NCBI RefSeq assembly: GCF_006345805.1
Contig: NC_042999.1
Coordinates: forward strand, 11,718,001-11,782,000
Direction: 5' to 3'
Source: Octopus sinensis
Lineage: Eukaryota
Length of the DNA stretch: 64,000 nucleotides
The notes beneath the pieces were generated by a model that worked only from the letters and a program-made list of their open reading frames with translations, was not told the DNA's origin and made no database searches. The position numbers and the translations under genes were made by a program. Of this stretch, positions 10,906 to 24,658 are shown one piece after another (position 1 is the first letter of the stretch; each line of letters starts with the position of its first letter).

Positions 10906-12419
10906 AAAGACAAAGTATGTTGTGACCATGGCCAGAGAACTGGACTGTTCCCTACCTAGTTGCATCCCAACTATCATTTAATAGTTGTGTGGCTCATTGC
11001 TGTGAGCAGTGGGAGCACTGTATAACAGGTGAGTGTTTTGTTATCTGCAGGGTTAAATTCAAACTGGACAAAGGTGGTGGCAGCTCTACCACACTGACCA
11101 TTCCTGAATTCATTATAAGAGAACCAAAACTAATATCTTATGATGCTAAAGAATTCTGTGGATGATCCCACGATTTATATTTGCTCATAAAATATAACAG
11201 TTGATCCTTCATTTTTTATTGTTTCTTTAAACAGTGGCTTCATAATAATAATGATAACAACAATATTGTTTCAAATTTTGGCCTCATATTAAAATTTCAA
11301 TTTATGTGGCAGCCCCAGTCAAACCGTCCAACCCATGCCAGCATGGACAATGGACATTAAATGATGATGATGATAATGATGATGATGATGATGTTCCAAA
11401 AAACTAGCTTGAACCATCCAGCCTTTCACATAAATACAGTGCTGCATTTAGGACTATTATTATCTCTAAAGTACTCCTGTCCCCCTTTTTCAGATTTAAG
11501 GGATATTTAGCTGTTGTTCTTAGTAAATCAACCACATCCATCTGGTGGCTTCCCCTCATTAGCTTGGCTACCATAACTGTACACATGAACTCTACTAACA
11601 AATAATAGATTTATAGAAACAGCCCTAAATTCAGCTGCTAAAATAATCGTTGATAAACTGGACAAAACGCTTGCCAGCTTTTCTTTAATATTTTTTCTGA
11701 TCTTTATTGCTGTTGTTGGAATCATCATCATCATCATCATCATCACCATCATCATTGTCATTATTATTACAAAATGTTTAGCATTTTAGATGTCTTGAAA
11801 CGAAGGCAGTGTGTATAACCAACAATATGGTAATGAAAAGGATTAATAACGTCATAATTATTTTACTAAACTTTTCAGTATTATCAAAATTAATTAATTA
11901 AAACTCAGGATGTATCTATAGAAATATAATAACGAATAGGTTACTTAATTAAGTTTAGCACGTTTTAGTGCTGAGATCAAACTCGTTAACAGAATCGTCA
12001 AATTCTTAAAAAACAAAATTAACAAAATAGCAGGAGACAACCTTGAAAATTTTAATTAATGAAAATTAATTGAGCATGATTGCGATATGCTTGCTTGAAC
12101 GACAGAACATGGAGATTATTCTGGTGAATAATGGGAAACATATGTGAAAGGAGGAAAACATGCACTTTCGTCTCGTCTAAGATTAACACACACACACACA
12201 CACATATACATGTCTGTGTGTTTGTATATATATATATATATATGAGAAACCCTCTTTCCTTATAAATAGAGTACAGGGAACACTAACACAGAATACCCTT
12301 AATGCTGATAATTGGGTAGGTGTTGTCCATCCCACTGGTGGGGGGTTGAAGATTTGGTACTTATTTATTTAAACATCAGCTTTTTTTCAACTCCACCTCA
12401 AATACATTTTTAGTATGTC

Positions 12420-12455
<36 letters not shown>

Positions 12456-12689
12456 GTTTCAAATTTTGGTACAAGGCCAGCAATTTCAGGGAAGGGACTA
12501 GGTCGATTACCCCCCCCCCCCACATCCAGTGATCAACTGGTATTTATTTATCAACCCTGAAAGGATGAATGGCAAAGTCAGCCTCAGCAGAATTTGAACT
12601 CAGAATGAATGAATGAATGAATAATAATAATAATAATAATAACAACAACAACAATGATAATATTTGGGCTGCAGCTATTGTTGCTGCAG

Positions 12690-14890
12690 ATAGAGTTGGA
12701 TACAAAAGAAAATAACAAAGAGAATGTAAAGAACCACAACAGCAAAATGAGTGCTTGCAGGAAGGCATGGTAGGAAGGCTGGATGAGAAAGGGAAAGACA
12801 TTGTTATGTGCTAAGGATCCTGGAAAGGGAAATGTTGCATCCAACTTTAGACCAATAACAAGCCTTCTGCTAATATGGAAACTAATGTCAGATGCTTTGG
12901 CCAGTGAACTGTATGGATACTTGGAAAAAAAAGGGGCTGCTACCCATTGAACAGAAAGGGTGCCAAAAAAAAAAAAGGAGCCGAGGAACGAAAGATCAGC
13001 TCTTGATTGATAATTCAAATTATCAGGAACTGCAAGAGAAGACACACAAATCTGAGCATGGCATGGGTTGTGGCATGGGTTGATTATTGCAAAGCATATG
13101 ATATGATAGCACACTCCTGGATAATAAGAACAATGGAAATGTCTGGAGTAGCAGAGAATATGAGAAGCCTTAAATGGAACAGTATGAAATGGTGGAGAAT
13201 GGAATTGACAGCAGGGAATCAAGTATTAGGAGTGATGAAAATCAAAAGGGGAATCTTCCACTGGGATAATGTGTTCCCACTGATCTTCGTGCAGGAAATG
13301 ATCCCCTTGAGTGAAATACTACAGGAAACAAAGTTGGGGTACGACCTAGGAAGAGGTAAGGGAAAACTAAACCACTTGCTATTCATGGACGACCTGAAGC
13401 TATTCACAAAAAATGAGGCAGAACTGGACAGCCTAGTCCAGTCTGTGTGGATTTTCTCCAATGATATCAAGATGGAGTTTGGGCTCTCAAAATGTGCTAC
13501 GATGGTGATGAGATGAGGAAAGTTTGCCGGGACAGAAGGCATGTGGCTGCAAAGTGGTAAAATGATGAAAGAAATTCAACCTCAATCCAGCTATAAATAC
13601 CTGGGAATACTCGAGGCAGATGGAATCAAACACTACAACATGAAGGAAAAGACAAAAAGAGAGTACCTGTGGTGAGTGAGAAAAATGTTGACTTCAAAGC
13701 TGAAAGCCAGAAACATAATTTCGGCAAGAAACTCATGCACAGTCACAGCAATTTGTTATGGTGCTGGCATCCTGAATTGGACAGAGAAGGAGCTAAAGGA
13801 GATGGACAGGAAGTCAAGAAAGCTCCTATCGATGCATGGAGCCGATAATCTACGTTCAGACATTGATCACCCATATAGGAAGAGAACGATTGGAGGAAGG
13901 GGACTGATAAGTGTGGAAGACTGCGTGCATATCGAACTTGAGAGCTTAATGAGATACCTAGCTCAAAGTAAAGAAACCTTTCTAGTGAGAGGAACGAGGG
14001 AGTATTGAGAGCAGAAAAGAAAAAAGGGAAAACAAAGGAAGAAGTACAAAAAGGACGTGAAGAAGAAGTACGCAAGAAGGGACCACATAATCAATTCCAT
14101 GTAGCAACAAAAGAAGTTGCTGGAAAAAATAGGTGAGATTGGCTGATGAAAGGAACCCTAAAAAAAGAGACCGAGAGCAGTATTCTGGCAGTGAAGGACC
14201 AAGCTCTCGTCACGAACTGGAGGGTCAACCTGAGGAATGAGCAAGTGTTGCCTCTATAATAGAGTGGATGAAACCATTGCCCATATCACAAATGAATGCC
14301 CTAGACGTACCCCAAGCCACTACAAGTTGTGGTGACATAATCAGGTAGCAAAAGTGCTACATTGGAAATTGTTAGAAAAGTGGGGACTAGAGAGAGGCAA
14401 GACAAGGTATGTGAACAAATTGCAGAGAATGGCAGAATTGGAGTCTAGCAAAATCCTCTGGGATCAGGTGCTAGAACATAACAGACCAGACCTAGTGGTG
14501 ATTGACAAAGTGCACCACATATGCTATGTAGTTGATGTTAGTTGCCCCTTTGACCCATGAATAGTCAAGAAGGAAGGCGAAAAGACAGACAGATACAACC
14601 CTCTTTAGTACAAAATAGCCCAGCTATGGAAAATGAAGAAGGTAAAGATAGTGCCAATTATTGTTGGGTCCTTGGGAATAGAATCAGAAGGTATCAAGAG
14701 GAATATAAAGGAAATTGGAATAGAGTGCCCTGTGGAACTGTTAGAAAAAGTTTGCCTTCTTGGCATGGCCAGAATACTGAGGAAAGTATTAGCTGAAAAG
14801 TATGAATAGCATGGTATCGTAGGCTGCAGGTAGCAAGCCTGCTATGCATGCAAGACTCCAGGAGTTCTAACAAAACCTGTGATAAAAAGA
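12690..14890 (+). mobile_element. Dong/R4-like non-LTR retrotransposon (RT, CCHC and restriction-like endonuclease), frameshifted
   Basis: RGTKDQLLID, DYCKAYD, HLLFMDDLKLF, MEFGLSKCA, YKYLG, KILWD..NRPDLVVID..DVSCPFD and PIIVGSLG motifs; (TAA)n on both sides. Confidence 0.88.
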
Positions 14891-14909
14891 AATAATAATA
14901 ATAATAATG

Positions 14910-14945
<36 letters not shown>

Positions 14946-15039
14946 TAATAATAATAATAATAATAACTGATTGGATAGAATAAAATGCAAGCAGTTAGTA
15001 GATGGGCAATAGCATCCCTTCAGTATGGAATGGGAATTA

Positions 15040-15250
15040 TAAAAAAAGCAAGAAAGTAAATGAAGAAAATGGATAGAAAGACTAGAAAAATGTTGCCATT
15101 ACACAGAGCCTTCCATCCTAAAAGTGAGCCCGATAGGCTGTACTTGACCAGAAGAAAGGGTGGGAGAGGTTTGATCAGTTGCCAGGACTGTATTGAAGCA
15201 GAGGAAAACAGCCTAGGGTGGTATGTAGGGTGGAGCCACTGTTGAAAGGA
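15040..15250 (+). mobile_element. Internal Dong/R4-like fragment
   Basis: MDRKTRKML..HPKSEPDRLYLTRRKGGRGLIS. Confidence 0.7.
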
Positions 15251-15264
15251 TGAAAAGCAGTCTA

Positions 15265-16135
15265 ACTACATTCCCTGTCATCCCCTCCATGAGGCCCAAC
15301 ATCAGAAGATCCTTTCCCACCACTCCATCTCATGTTTTCCTGGATCTAACCCTTCCATGTTTCCTCTACAGTTAGCAATCAGCACCTCTTAATGCAACTG
15401 TCTTCACTCATACACATCACATGACCAAACCAGAACAGTTTTCTCTCCTGCCACACTCCGTCTGATGCCCCATACACCCAGTTTTTCTTTCAAATCACTT
15501 ATGTTCTGTCGTATATGCACATCGACATTACCCATCAAGTGGAGCATACTGGCTTCATTTCTTTCAAGCCTTTGCATGTCCCCAGCAATCACAGCCCGTG
15601 TTTCACTGCCATAGCAGCATAGCTGTTCATACATAATACAATATCTGCCTTTCACTCTGAGGGAGAGGCTCTTTGTTGCTAACAGAGGTGGCAGCTCTCT
15701 GAACTTCACCCAGCCTATTCTTATTCTAGCAGCTACACTTTTAGAACTACCTCCTCCACTGCTAACTTGGCTGCTTAAGTAATGGAAACTGTCCACTACT
15801 TTTAAGGGTCCCCTTGGACATTAGAGGGAGTCTATTTTCTGTCCATTCCTGGCCGTTTAATGACCATGCACATCTGCCAAATGTAAAGACAACTTTCTCT
15901 GTCAGTCTTCCAGTGATACCACTGCACCTCTTAGGTGGCCATAGCTTGCACTCGGTACAATTTATGGAATTTCTCCCAACACCTTTTCTACATATCGAAC
16001 AGGGCCGCCATCTCCTTGAAGTGAGCTGTGACTGGTCTGTTTTCCTACTAATTAGGACCTTGGTCTTTGCTAAATTAACTCTAAGGGCCTTTTCTGGTAG
16101 TGATTCAGGCCTGTATCTATGCATGTTATCCATCT
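15265..16135 (-). mobile_element. Decayed PHD-type RTE LINE
   Basis: LRVNLAKTKV, PCSICRKGVGRNSINCTECKLW and SLRVKGR motifs. Confidence 0.85.
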
Positions 16136-16744
16136 AGGCATATATAGATATACAACACACACACATATACACACACACAGATAAACAAACAACAACAACT
16201 CCAAACACCCACACACTCTGATTTAGAGTGCCACTTATATTTATTTCAAGTGGCAAATACCATTCCATCATTTTATTTCCTCCTCCTCCTGCTCCTCCCC
16301 TCTACATCATCATCTCCTCCTCCTCCTCTTCTTCATCTTCTCCTATGTCATATGGAAGAGACATGGAAATGATGTCACTTCAAGACCACACAATGAGATT
16401 CTTTATATCTATATCCTAACCAAATCTTATGTCAGTTCGTCTGTCTGCTGCTGGTGCTGCCATCTATCAGAGATATTTCAGTGACATTTAAAACAAAAGT
16501 CTTTAACTCTTTCAACTATCAAATACAAATTGATTGGATCGTCAGCTGGCATTTGGGTCCTCAAACACCAACAGTGACGACTCCTTGTTTCCTAAAAGTA
16601 AATTCAAAGTCACTGAACTTTCATTCAAATTCTTCTTCTTTTGCACCAAAGACTCGGAAATGACAGGAAGTTTCCAAGGACACTCCTAGCCTCCTTTTAC
16701 TCTCATCTTTTGTACCTTTTCCTTATTTTCTTTGTCGTTTGTGA

Positions 16745-18845
16745 ACACTGCCAGACACAGGCAGGATTGGTAGTTATTGTATAAATCAATAAAAGAATTT
16801 ATATTCTTATAGTTGGTTGGAATCCTCTCATTTCAGGCATTTTCTTTATATTCCACAAACCACAACAACAACAATACTAATACTAACAGACAATAAAAAG
16901 AGTGTGATGTGATTTGTAATAGAGATTGTTTGATTTAATGGATTGAACAATATTTCAACCGATTGTTTGTCTACTTCAGGGTCAAAATGTAAAATGAAAA
17001 AAAACTGCAGAAACACAGAAATTCAAAATATGAACAAAGAAATTTTTTGTGTTCCTTTTTAGATAAAATGACATCAATTTTCCCTTTCACAACTGGTAAA
17101 AGGGGAAAAGAAAAATAGAAAAGAACACTTAATTGAATAGTTTTTGTGTGAATGTAATGAAATTCACCTGTTATTTTATTTATTCCTCCAGGGTGTGATG
17201 TGAGTAATTCACAAATATATTTGTCCTCGTGCATTTTGAGGACTGAAAGTGTAGCAGAGTCAGAATATTTTCTGAGAATCTGCACTTTCAGGTGTTCCTC
17301 AAAATTGCAGCTGCTTGATGTAAATGTTTGGCAAGTTCTGTCCAACTACTGCCATTGTGCCTCACGTCATACTTGTGTCCACTGAATCTTTCGTTTAATT
17401 GTTCTGTTGTACAACCAACATAAATCAAGTTGTGTTGGGTGCATTCTTCTGTGTATACCAAATGGGTCATCATTTGCATAACTTATAACACTTCTGTTAT
17501 GTAAAGATTGTTTGCCAACATAACATGGCAGTCGTGGTTTAGGACAAATATTTCGAATGGGAATTTGGCAGTGCTACTTCTAGCTGAACAGTTATTCTGT
17601 GCTGGTGAAGGGAAATAACCTGGAAATCGCAATACACAGATATTGTTTTGACCTGAGTGGGGGTGGTAGATTCCCTTGTTTGAAAATATAAGGACACAGA
17701 TCGTGTCGTATAGCCAGCTGGAGACGATGTCTCCTGGGGCTAAATTACAGCAACATCCCTCCTAAACTAGGACTGCCATGTTATGTTGGCAAATAATCTT
17801 GACTCATGTTGTTGCACAATGAACTAGGCTTATCTCTCTTGTGGCTGTTTTTTAAAGTGCAGCATTTAGAAACTCCAATGATAGATTTCTTGAAGTTAGA
17901 GGTAGTGATTAATAGTTCTCTTATACTTTTATTGCATCTAAAGGCTACAATAGTTGGATAAGGGAAAACTTGTTTGAAATGGAGATATTTTTCTGAAATA
18001 TGCTGGTAACTTTCATGCAACACTTTTGAAATGCCAACGAAATTTTGGTGCCAGATAATCACTAAAGGAATTCTATCACAAAAATTTACTTTGATTGCAA
18101 AAATTATGCATGGAAGTTTGACACTATGTCATTTGTGATTTCCTTTAATTGTGATTCACTGTAATCCCCTTTGACATAATGGCATACAAAAGCATTTGCA
18201 TGTTTCCAGTAATACCCTATAACAGTAAAAATCTGTTTTATCCTCAATAATTAGGATTTCAGATTTGACCAAATTATATGATGTGGATGATCAGAGTGGT
18301 GGCAGAAGCAAATGTGGGATGACATGAGTTTGCAAAATAACTATCACTATTCTGCCTCCTGAAAACTTAACTTTTGTGTCCAAAAGGCCAACAGTAGTTT
18401 TTGAAAAACTAGGAGAAAATTTTATATTGGCCTCAAAGTTTTACATGTAATAGTCACAGAACTACAAGAATTTAATCAAACTCTCCTGTGAGCCTTCCCA
18501 GACAAAAAAAGACATCATCAGTGAACCATAACCAGAGTACTGGTTCATGACCATGCAAGGATTTGAATGTCTCGAATTTCATCATGAAGACTTTGGTGAA
18601 ATTAACTGCAATGGGTTTACCCATGGGGCAACTCCTCCTCGTCTGCTGGTAAAATTTTTCTCCAAACTTCATTGTGTTACTTTGTAACACAAACTTCAAT
18701 AATTTACAGTGAAAATTTGATGGAATACTTTTGTTTGTTTTTCAAATGCATTCACGTATGCTTCCACCCACTAATTGTGGTCAATATTGGGGACATAGTG
18801 AAGAAACATTTCTGTGACTGTTACACAAAAATCTATTGTCTGTTT
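16745..18845 (-). mobile_element. Decayed Penelope-like element (RT plus GIY-YIG endonuclease)
   Basis: FYQQT..CPMGKPIAVNF and WFTDDVF (RT); LIYVGCTTEQLNERFSGH..ELAKH (GIY-YIG). Confidence 0.85.
16943..16986 (-). ncRNA. Degenerate minimal hammerhead at the 3' end of the Penelope element
   Basis: ttgaccCTGAAGTAgacaaacaatcggttGAAATATTGttcaa; A9 position altered; AATATT palindrome. Confidence 0.4.
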
Positions 18846-19189
18846 TGGCAGAGTGTTTATGGTTGATGCCCATCCTAATGCCAACCACTTTACAGAGTGG
18901 ACTACCCATGGGTGCTTTTTTGTGGTACTAGTACCATCAGAGTCACCAAGTAACTTGCAAGACAAGACAAGGACACCTCAACTACTACTACCACCTTTTC
19001 ATCGACCATAACTGCTTAACCTCCCAAGCTAACCTGTCATATCTCTCGACTTTTCTTTCTTCCTTATCGCATATCTTGTTGTCAGCTGGGCATGCTACAT
19101 CTATGATCCAGCATCATTTGCTTTCTTTCTTTCTTAATTAACTCTATGTCTGGCTTCATCATCATTATTATTATTATTATTATTAAAGC

Positions 19190-19360
19190 AGTGAGCTAGC
19201 AGGATCGTTAGCACACCGGGTGAAATGCTGAGCAGTATTTCCTCTGCCGCTATGTTCTGAGTTCAAATTCCACCAAGGTTGACTTTGCTTTCATCCTTGG
19301 GTGGGGGGGGTGATTAAGTACCAGCTGAGAACTTAACCCCTCCCCACAAATTTCAGGCCT
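19190..19360 (+). mobile_element. SINE (gagctggcagaatcgttagc family)
   Basis: B-box-like gagttcaaattcc; further copies near 33740, 40430, 40690, 45530 and 50330. Confidence 0.7.
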
Positions 19361-19374
19361 TGAGCTTTTAGTAG

Positions 19375-19560
19375 AAAGGTGGCACGTAAAAAGCACCCAC
19401 TACACTCTCGGAGTGGTTGGCATTAGGAAGGGCATCAAGCTGTAGAAACACTGCCAGATCAGACTGGAGCCTGGTGCAGCCTCCTGGCTTCCCAGACCCC
19501 GGTCGAATCGTCCAATCCATGCTAGCATGGAAAACGGACGTCAAACGATGATGATGATGA
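19375..19560 (+). mobile_element. RTE 3' tail fragment
   Basis: Nearly identical to 4806-4990. Confidence 0.8.
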
Positions 19561-19571
19561 TGGTTATTATT

Positions 19572-20139
19572 ATTATTATTACTGAGTGAGAGAGCAGTGC
19601 ATGCCATCAAAGTGACACTGGGGTACAATTATACGAAGCCCTTTATGCCCATCATGACTACCTGTCTGATGAGGGTACACCAGACACATGCATGACAACC
19701 AAATGTGTACAACATGGTGATCTCATATCAATATAAACAGCGCATCACCCTACAGGTGGGGCCCAGTTAGAATTTTCTTCAGGTTGAGTAGCCCATTCCA
19801 CTCAAAAGGTCCCTGAATAAGGGTTGTTTAAGGATGATGAACGAAACATCCATGTTTCCAAAGTGAATTATCCAAACTCTAAAGAATCCCCCTCAACACC
19901 TGACTATGATGCTCCCCCACTACTTCTGCACATGATCAAAGATGCACATATTGTCAGCCACTAAGGGACATGCTCAACTGGTTAAGGTCAAACAACTGAC
20001 AAGCAAATCTATTGGTATTGAGCAGGATATTTGCTGTAGTCCATCTTTTTATATCAAGATAGAACAATGTACATGATAACACTTGCAATCAGTTAAGATG
20101 AGAAGCCATGAGAACCACTGCCTGGTAGTGCATCAGGCC

Positions 20140-20140
<1 letters not shown>
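19572..20140 (-). mobile_element. Non-coding repeat of about 560 bp flanked by (TAA)n, copy 1
   Basis: Reverse complement of 22845-23400. Confidence 0.75.
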
Positions 20141-20174
<34 letters not shown>

Positions 20175-20845
20175 TTTTGTAACATAGTGTAGGTAAAAAT
20201 GCACCGGAGTCTTTAGTCGTCTGTCAAGTCACAACAAGTACCTCAGACAGATAATACGTTCCTTAAGACGTGCGCTGTGCTCAATAAAGCTGCTTTTTGC
20301 AAGACATCAATCTTGCATGGGATTTCCAGTTGAAGTCTTGAAGTTTCAATGGGATTCAGCCCAATGCTCTGATCCCCACTGGTATCACTCTTACATTACC
20401 CTCTCGCACTCCATACAGTCTTGCCATTTCCACAACTCACAACATTCATGTCATTTGGTATGACCACATCAATGATCTGACGGTATTTCTCTCTCTTATT
20501 CAATATGACAATATTCAGCCAAGCCTGTTCGATGGTAAGATCCGCCTGAAAAGCATAGTCCCAGAGTATCTTTACTTTTCCATCCTCCTGTATAACTTTA
20601 CTTGGTACATGCTCATACCAGTTCTCTTTTACTTTATATTAGTATTTACGGCATAAAAGCCAATGAAGATATACACACATTTTATCGTGACGATGCTTGT
20701 ATTCTTTTTGTGCAAGGCTCTCACATCCACTTACCAAGTGGGTCACATTTTCCACACTCTTTCCACAGATTCTGCATTTCTGGGTCTCAGAAGTTTTATA
20801 GATGTTATACTTCACTGAATTGGTAGCAAGAGCCTGGTCTTGTGC
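20175..20845 (-). mobile_element. Dong/R4-like 3' fragment
   Basis: CRICGKSVENVTHLVSGC..RHDK CCHC motif followed by KILWD. Confidence 0.8.
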
Positions 20846-20860
20846 AGCAGCAGCAGCAGC

Positions 20861-20924
<64 letters not shown>

Positions 20925-21220
20925 GAAATAGAGGTAACTCGAATGTGGAATCTAAAATTAGAAACAATTCCTATCATAGTAGGCACATTAGGTATGATAA
21001 AAAAATATTCAGACAAATACATAACAAAAACACCAGGACTTACAAACACATATAACATACAGAAAATTGCACTACTAGGCACTGCAGACATCCTACGCAA
21101 AACACTTTCAATACAGTAACCATCAGAGCATCACAACAAATCACAGCACATACCCAAGGCACACAGAGCTGCGCTCGGTAGTGAAGTGAAAGCACGTGAT
21201 AAAAATAAGACTACTGAACA
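20925..21220 (+). mobile_element. Dong/R4-like extreme 3' end
   Basis: MWNLKLETIPIIVGTLG..IQKIALLGTADILRKTL, preceded by (AAT)n. Confidence 0.8.
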
Positions 21221-21589
21221 ACAACAACAACAACAGCAGCAACAACAACATTTGTAAAATTCCCTTCTGTATGGTTCCAAATGTTTTTAAACAAAATATT
21301 AACAATTCTTTGTCTCTTACCGAACCTGATATTATTCCTTATTTTGAATAACAATTATGGAGACTGAGAGTGAATTAACATAATTTATGTTATGTTAATG
21401 AGATGCAAGCTCAATCCAGACAAAGGCAGTCTTCATCAGTGCAACACAACTAATTTATTAATTATAACAATTTTCTATATTGACTTAAGGCCACATATTT
21501 GAGGAAATGATGGGGGATAAAGTAAATGAATTGATTAAAATGGGCCCAGGTGGGGTTTAAATCCAAAACAATTGCACACGTGCACACAC

Positions 21590-22040
21590 GTATATACATG
21601 TTAATGTATACATGCTGTCATACACAGTCATAATACACGTGTGCTCACATGCATACATACACATGCACACACAGATCATATTTATGTGCACACAAACACA
21701 CACACATAAACATACATGTGAAGACAGATACAAACACACATATACATGCATATACAAATATATACATGTACACACACATGTATGCACATACACTCACATA
21801 CATGTGTATGTGGGTGTGTATTATGTGCATACATACACGTATGCACATAAGCATACATATAAGCCCATACACACACATTTACATACATATATATACATAT
21901 GAACAAACCTATATGGACACACATATACACATATATACACACATATATACACATACATGTGACTACACACATACAGGTATGTACATACATATACACATGT
22001 ACAAACAGACAAACATACACACACACACACACACACTACT
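21590..22040. repeat. Degenerate (CA/TA) low-complexity tract
   Basis: Alternating purine-pyrimidine run; source of several spurious ORFs. Confidence 0.85.
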
Positions 22041-22061
22041 TCAGTGCGCAGAGGCTGTCAC

Positions 22062-22157
22062 TCGCAGTGTACAGGTAGACAAACCATTTCTCTCAACAGA
22101 ACTTAAACTCTCTCCAGTTAAAATAGAATCGGTATCCTTTATGCAAACTCCATTTAA
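22062..22157 (-). CDS. Candidate exon LNGVCIKDTDSILTGESLSSVERNGLSTCTLR
   Basis: 96 nt, phase 0-0, ttcacag acceptor, weak gtgaca donor. Confidence 0.25.
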
Positions 22158-22844
22158 CTGTGAATATATTTGCATGGAAACTATGATCTTAGACTATATT
22201 ATCTACTAACAAAATTGTTCATACATACATATACATATATAAAATCGCTGACGTGGCCGATGACAGCACCACCTGATTGGCACTTGTGCCAGTGGAACGT
22301 TAAAAGCACCATCTGAGCGTGACCGTTGCCAGGGCCACTGACTGGCTCCCATGCCGGTGGCACGTAAAAAGCACCATTCAAGTGTGATCTTGCCAGCGCC
22401 ACCTTACTGGCACATGTGCCGGTGGCACGTGAAAAACAACATTCAAGCAAGGTTGTTGCCAGTGCTGCCGGACTGGCTCCTAAGCAGGTAGCACGTAAAA
22501 ACATTGGATAAATTGAGCATCCGTTATCAAGGTAGAAAAAGATCTTGCATTTCAGATGAATCATCACCATCATTATCATCATCATCATCGTTTAACATCC
22601 GCTTTCCATGCTGGCATGGGTTGGACGGTTTGACTGAGGACTGGCAAGCCAGATGGCTCCAATCTGATCTGGTAGAGTTTCTACAGCTGGATGTCCTCCC
22701 TAATGCCAACCACTCTGAGAGTGTCGAGGGTGCTTTTATGTCCCTTAAAACATAAATTCAGTCGCAGATCATGAAACTATCAAATGTCGAATAATGATAA
22801 TAATAATGATGATGACGAAGACAACGACGACGACAATAATAATA

Positions 22845-23400
22845 TGCCATACCAGGTAGTGGCTCTCATGGCTTCTGATCTTAAATGACTGAAAGTGTTA
22901 TCATGTACATTGTTTTGTCTTGGTATAAAAGATGAGTTATAGCAAATATCCTGCTCAATACCACAGATTTGCTTGTCAGTTGCTTGACCTTAATCAGTTG
23001 AGCATGTCCCTTAGCGGCTGACGATATGTGCATCTCTGATCACAAGCACAAGTAGTGGGGGAGCATCATAGCCATGTGTTGAAAGGAATTCTTCGGGATT
23101 TAGATAATTTACCTTTGGAAACATAGGTGTTTTGTTCAACATCCTTAAGCAAACCTTATTCAGGGACCTTTTGAGTGGAATGGGCTACTCAACCTGAAGA
23201 AAATTTTAACTGGGCCTCACCTGCAGGGTCATACGCTATTTATTATGATATGAGATCACCATGTCTCGCACATATGGTTGTGATGCATGTGCCTGGTGTA
23301 CCCTTATCAGACGGGTAGTCATGATGGGTATACTGGGCTTCGTATATTTTACCCTGGCATCACTTTGATGACATGCTCTGCTCGCTCACTCAATAATGAT
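22845..23400 (+). mobile_element. Non-coding repeat of about 560 bp flanked by (TAA)n, copy 2
   Basis: Matches the reverse complement of 19572-20140. Confidence 0.75.
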
Positions 23401-24009
23401 AATGATAATAATGTGATGCATCTGCACATTGCGCTAGACTCGCCCCAAACCACCACAAGTTGTGGCAACACAATCAGGTAGCGAAAGTGCTACATTGGAA
23501 ACTTAGAAAAGTGGGGGCTAGGGAGAGGCAAGACATGGTATGAGCACACACACATATATATATTGCCTGACAGGCCCTCGTGCTGGTGGCACGTAAAAGC
23601 ACCCACTCTTGGTGTGGTTGGTGTTAGGAAGGGCATCCATCTGTAGAAACTCTGCCAGATCAGATTGGAGCCTGGTGCAGCCATCTGGCTCGCCAGTCCT
23701 CAGTCAAATCGTCCAACCCATGTCAGCATGGAAAGTGGATGTTAAACGATGATGATGATGATTATTATTATTACTCAAAATAAATAGATGTCCAAAAGTA
23801 GTTTCCTCTGATGTGTTCTTTGGAAAAAGCATTTTTAAGTCCTGAAATAAAAGAACCCAACCAAAACAAAAAAAAAAAAGAAAAAAAAAGGAAAAGAACA
23901 AACAACCCAAGCATTTAATTTCATTTTATGATATATTTTTTTACACTGTTCTTAGATATTTTATAGCCTCAGAATTTTGTTGTTGTAACACTAGTGTGTC
24001 TTGAGCCAT

Positions 24010-24086
<77 letters not shown>

Positions 24087-24099
24087 ACACACACAAAAT

Positions 24100-24132
<33 letters not shown>

Positions 24133-24230
24133 TTGTACTTGTACTTAGAGTTTACAACATTGTACTTGTGGGATGTTGTTATTTTTGGTCTTGTATTCGG
24201 TACAGAAAATAAAACGCTGAGAAGACTTAC

Positions 24231-24280
24231 CAAAAATAAGAATGTCATGAACCAAATGGAATTTCTTTGATTAGCTTTGA
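24231..24280 (-). CDS. Candidate exon KANQRNSIWFMTFLFL
   Basis: Strong pyrimidine tract ending gacag and TTG/gtaagt donor; open only in phase 1 to 0. Confidence 0.4.
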
Positions 24281-24658
24281 CTGTCATTGAAGTGAGAGAG
24301 AAAGAAATGTCTCAAATGGATTCCTTATGGCTATGACTTAACACTCGATTGTCACCAAGAAAAATAGAAAACTAAAGAAGCAAAGAATATATATGTATGT
24401 GTGTGTGTGTGTGTACATATATATATATATACATACACACACACACACATATTATACATAGAAGCAAGCACACAATAATATATATATAAACTAGGCATCT
24501 ATTTCCTGATGGTAATATGCTTGAAGAATGAAATATTTAATTCCAAATATTTCCATTCATAAGTTAAGGATATCTTTTGAAGGAAAACACATAAAGACTA
24601 TCTGTCTGTCTGTCTGCCTGCCTATCTGTCCGTCCGTCCGTCCATCTATCAATCAATC

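Noticed and set aside
11404-11601. 65-aa ORF
   Set aside because: Overlaps a repeat motif (caacagctaaatatc) that recurs near 6570, 7030 and 62990
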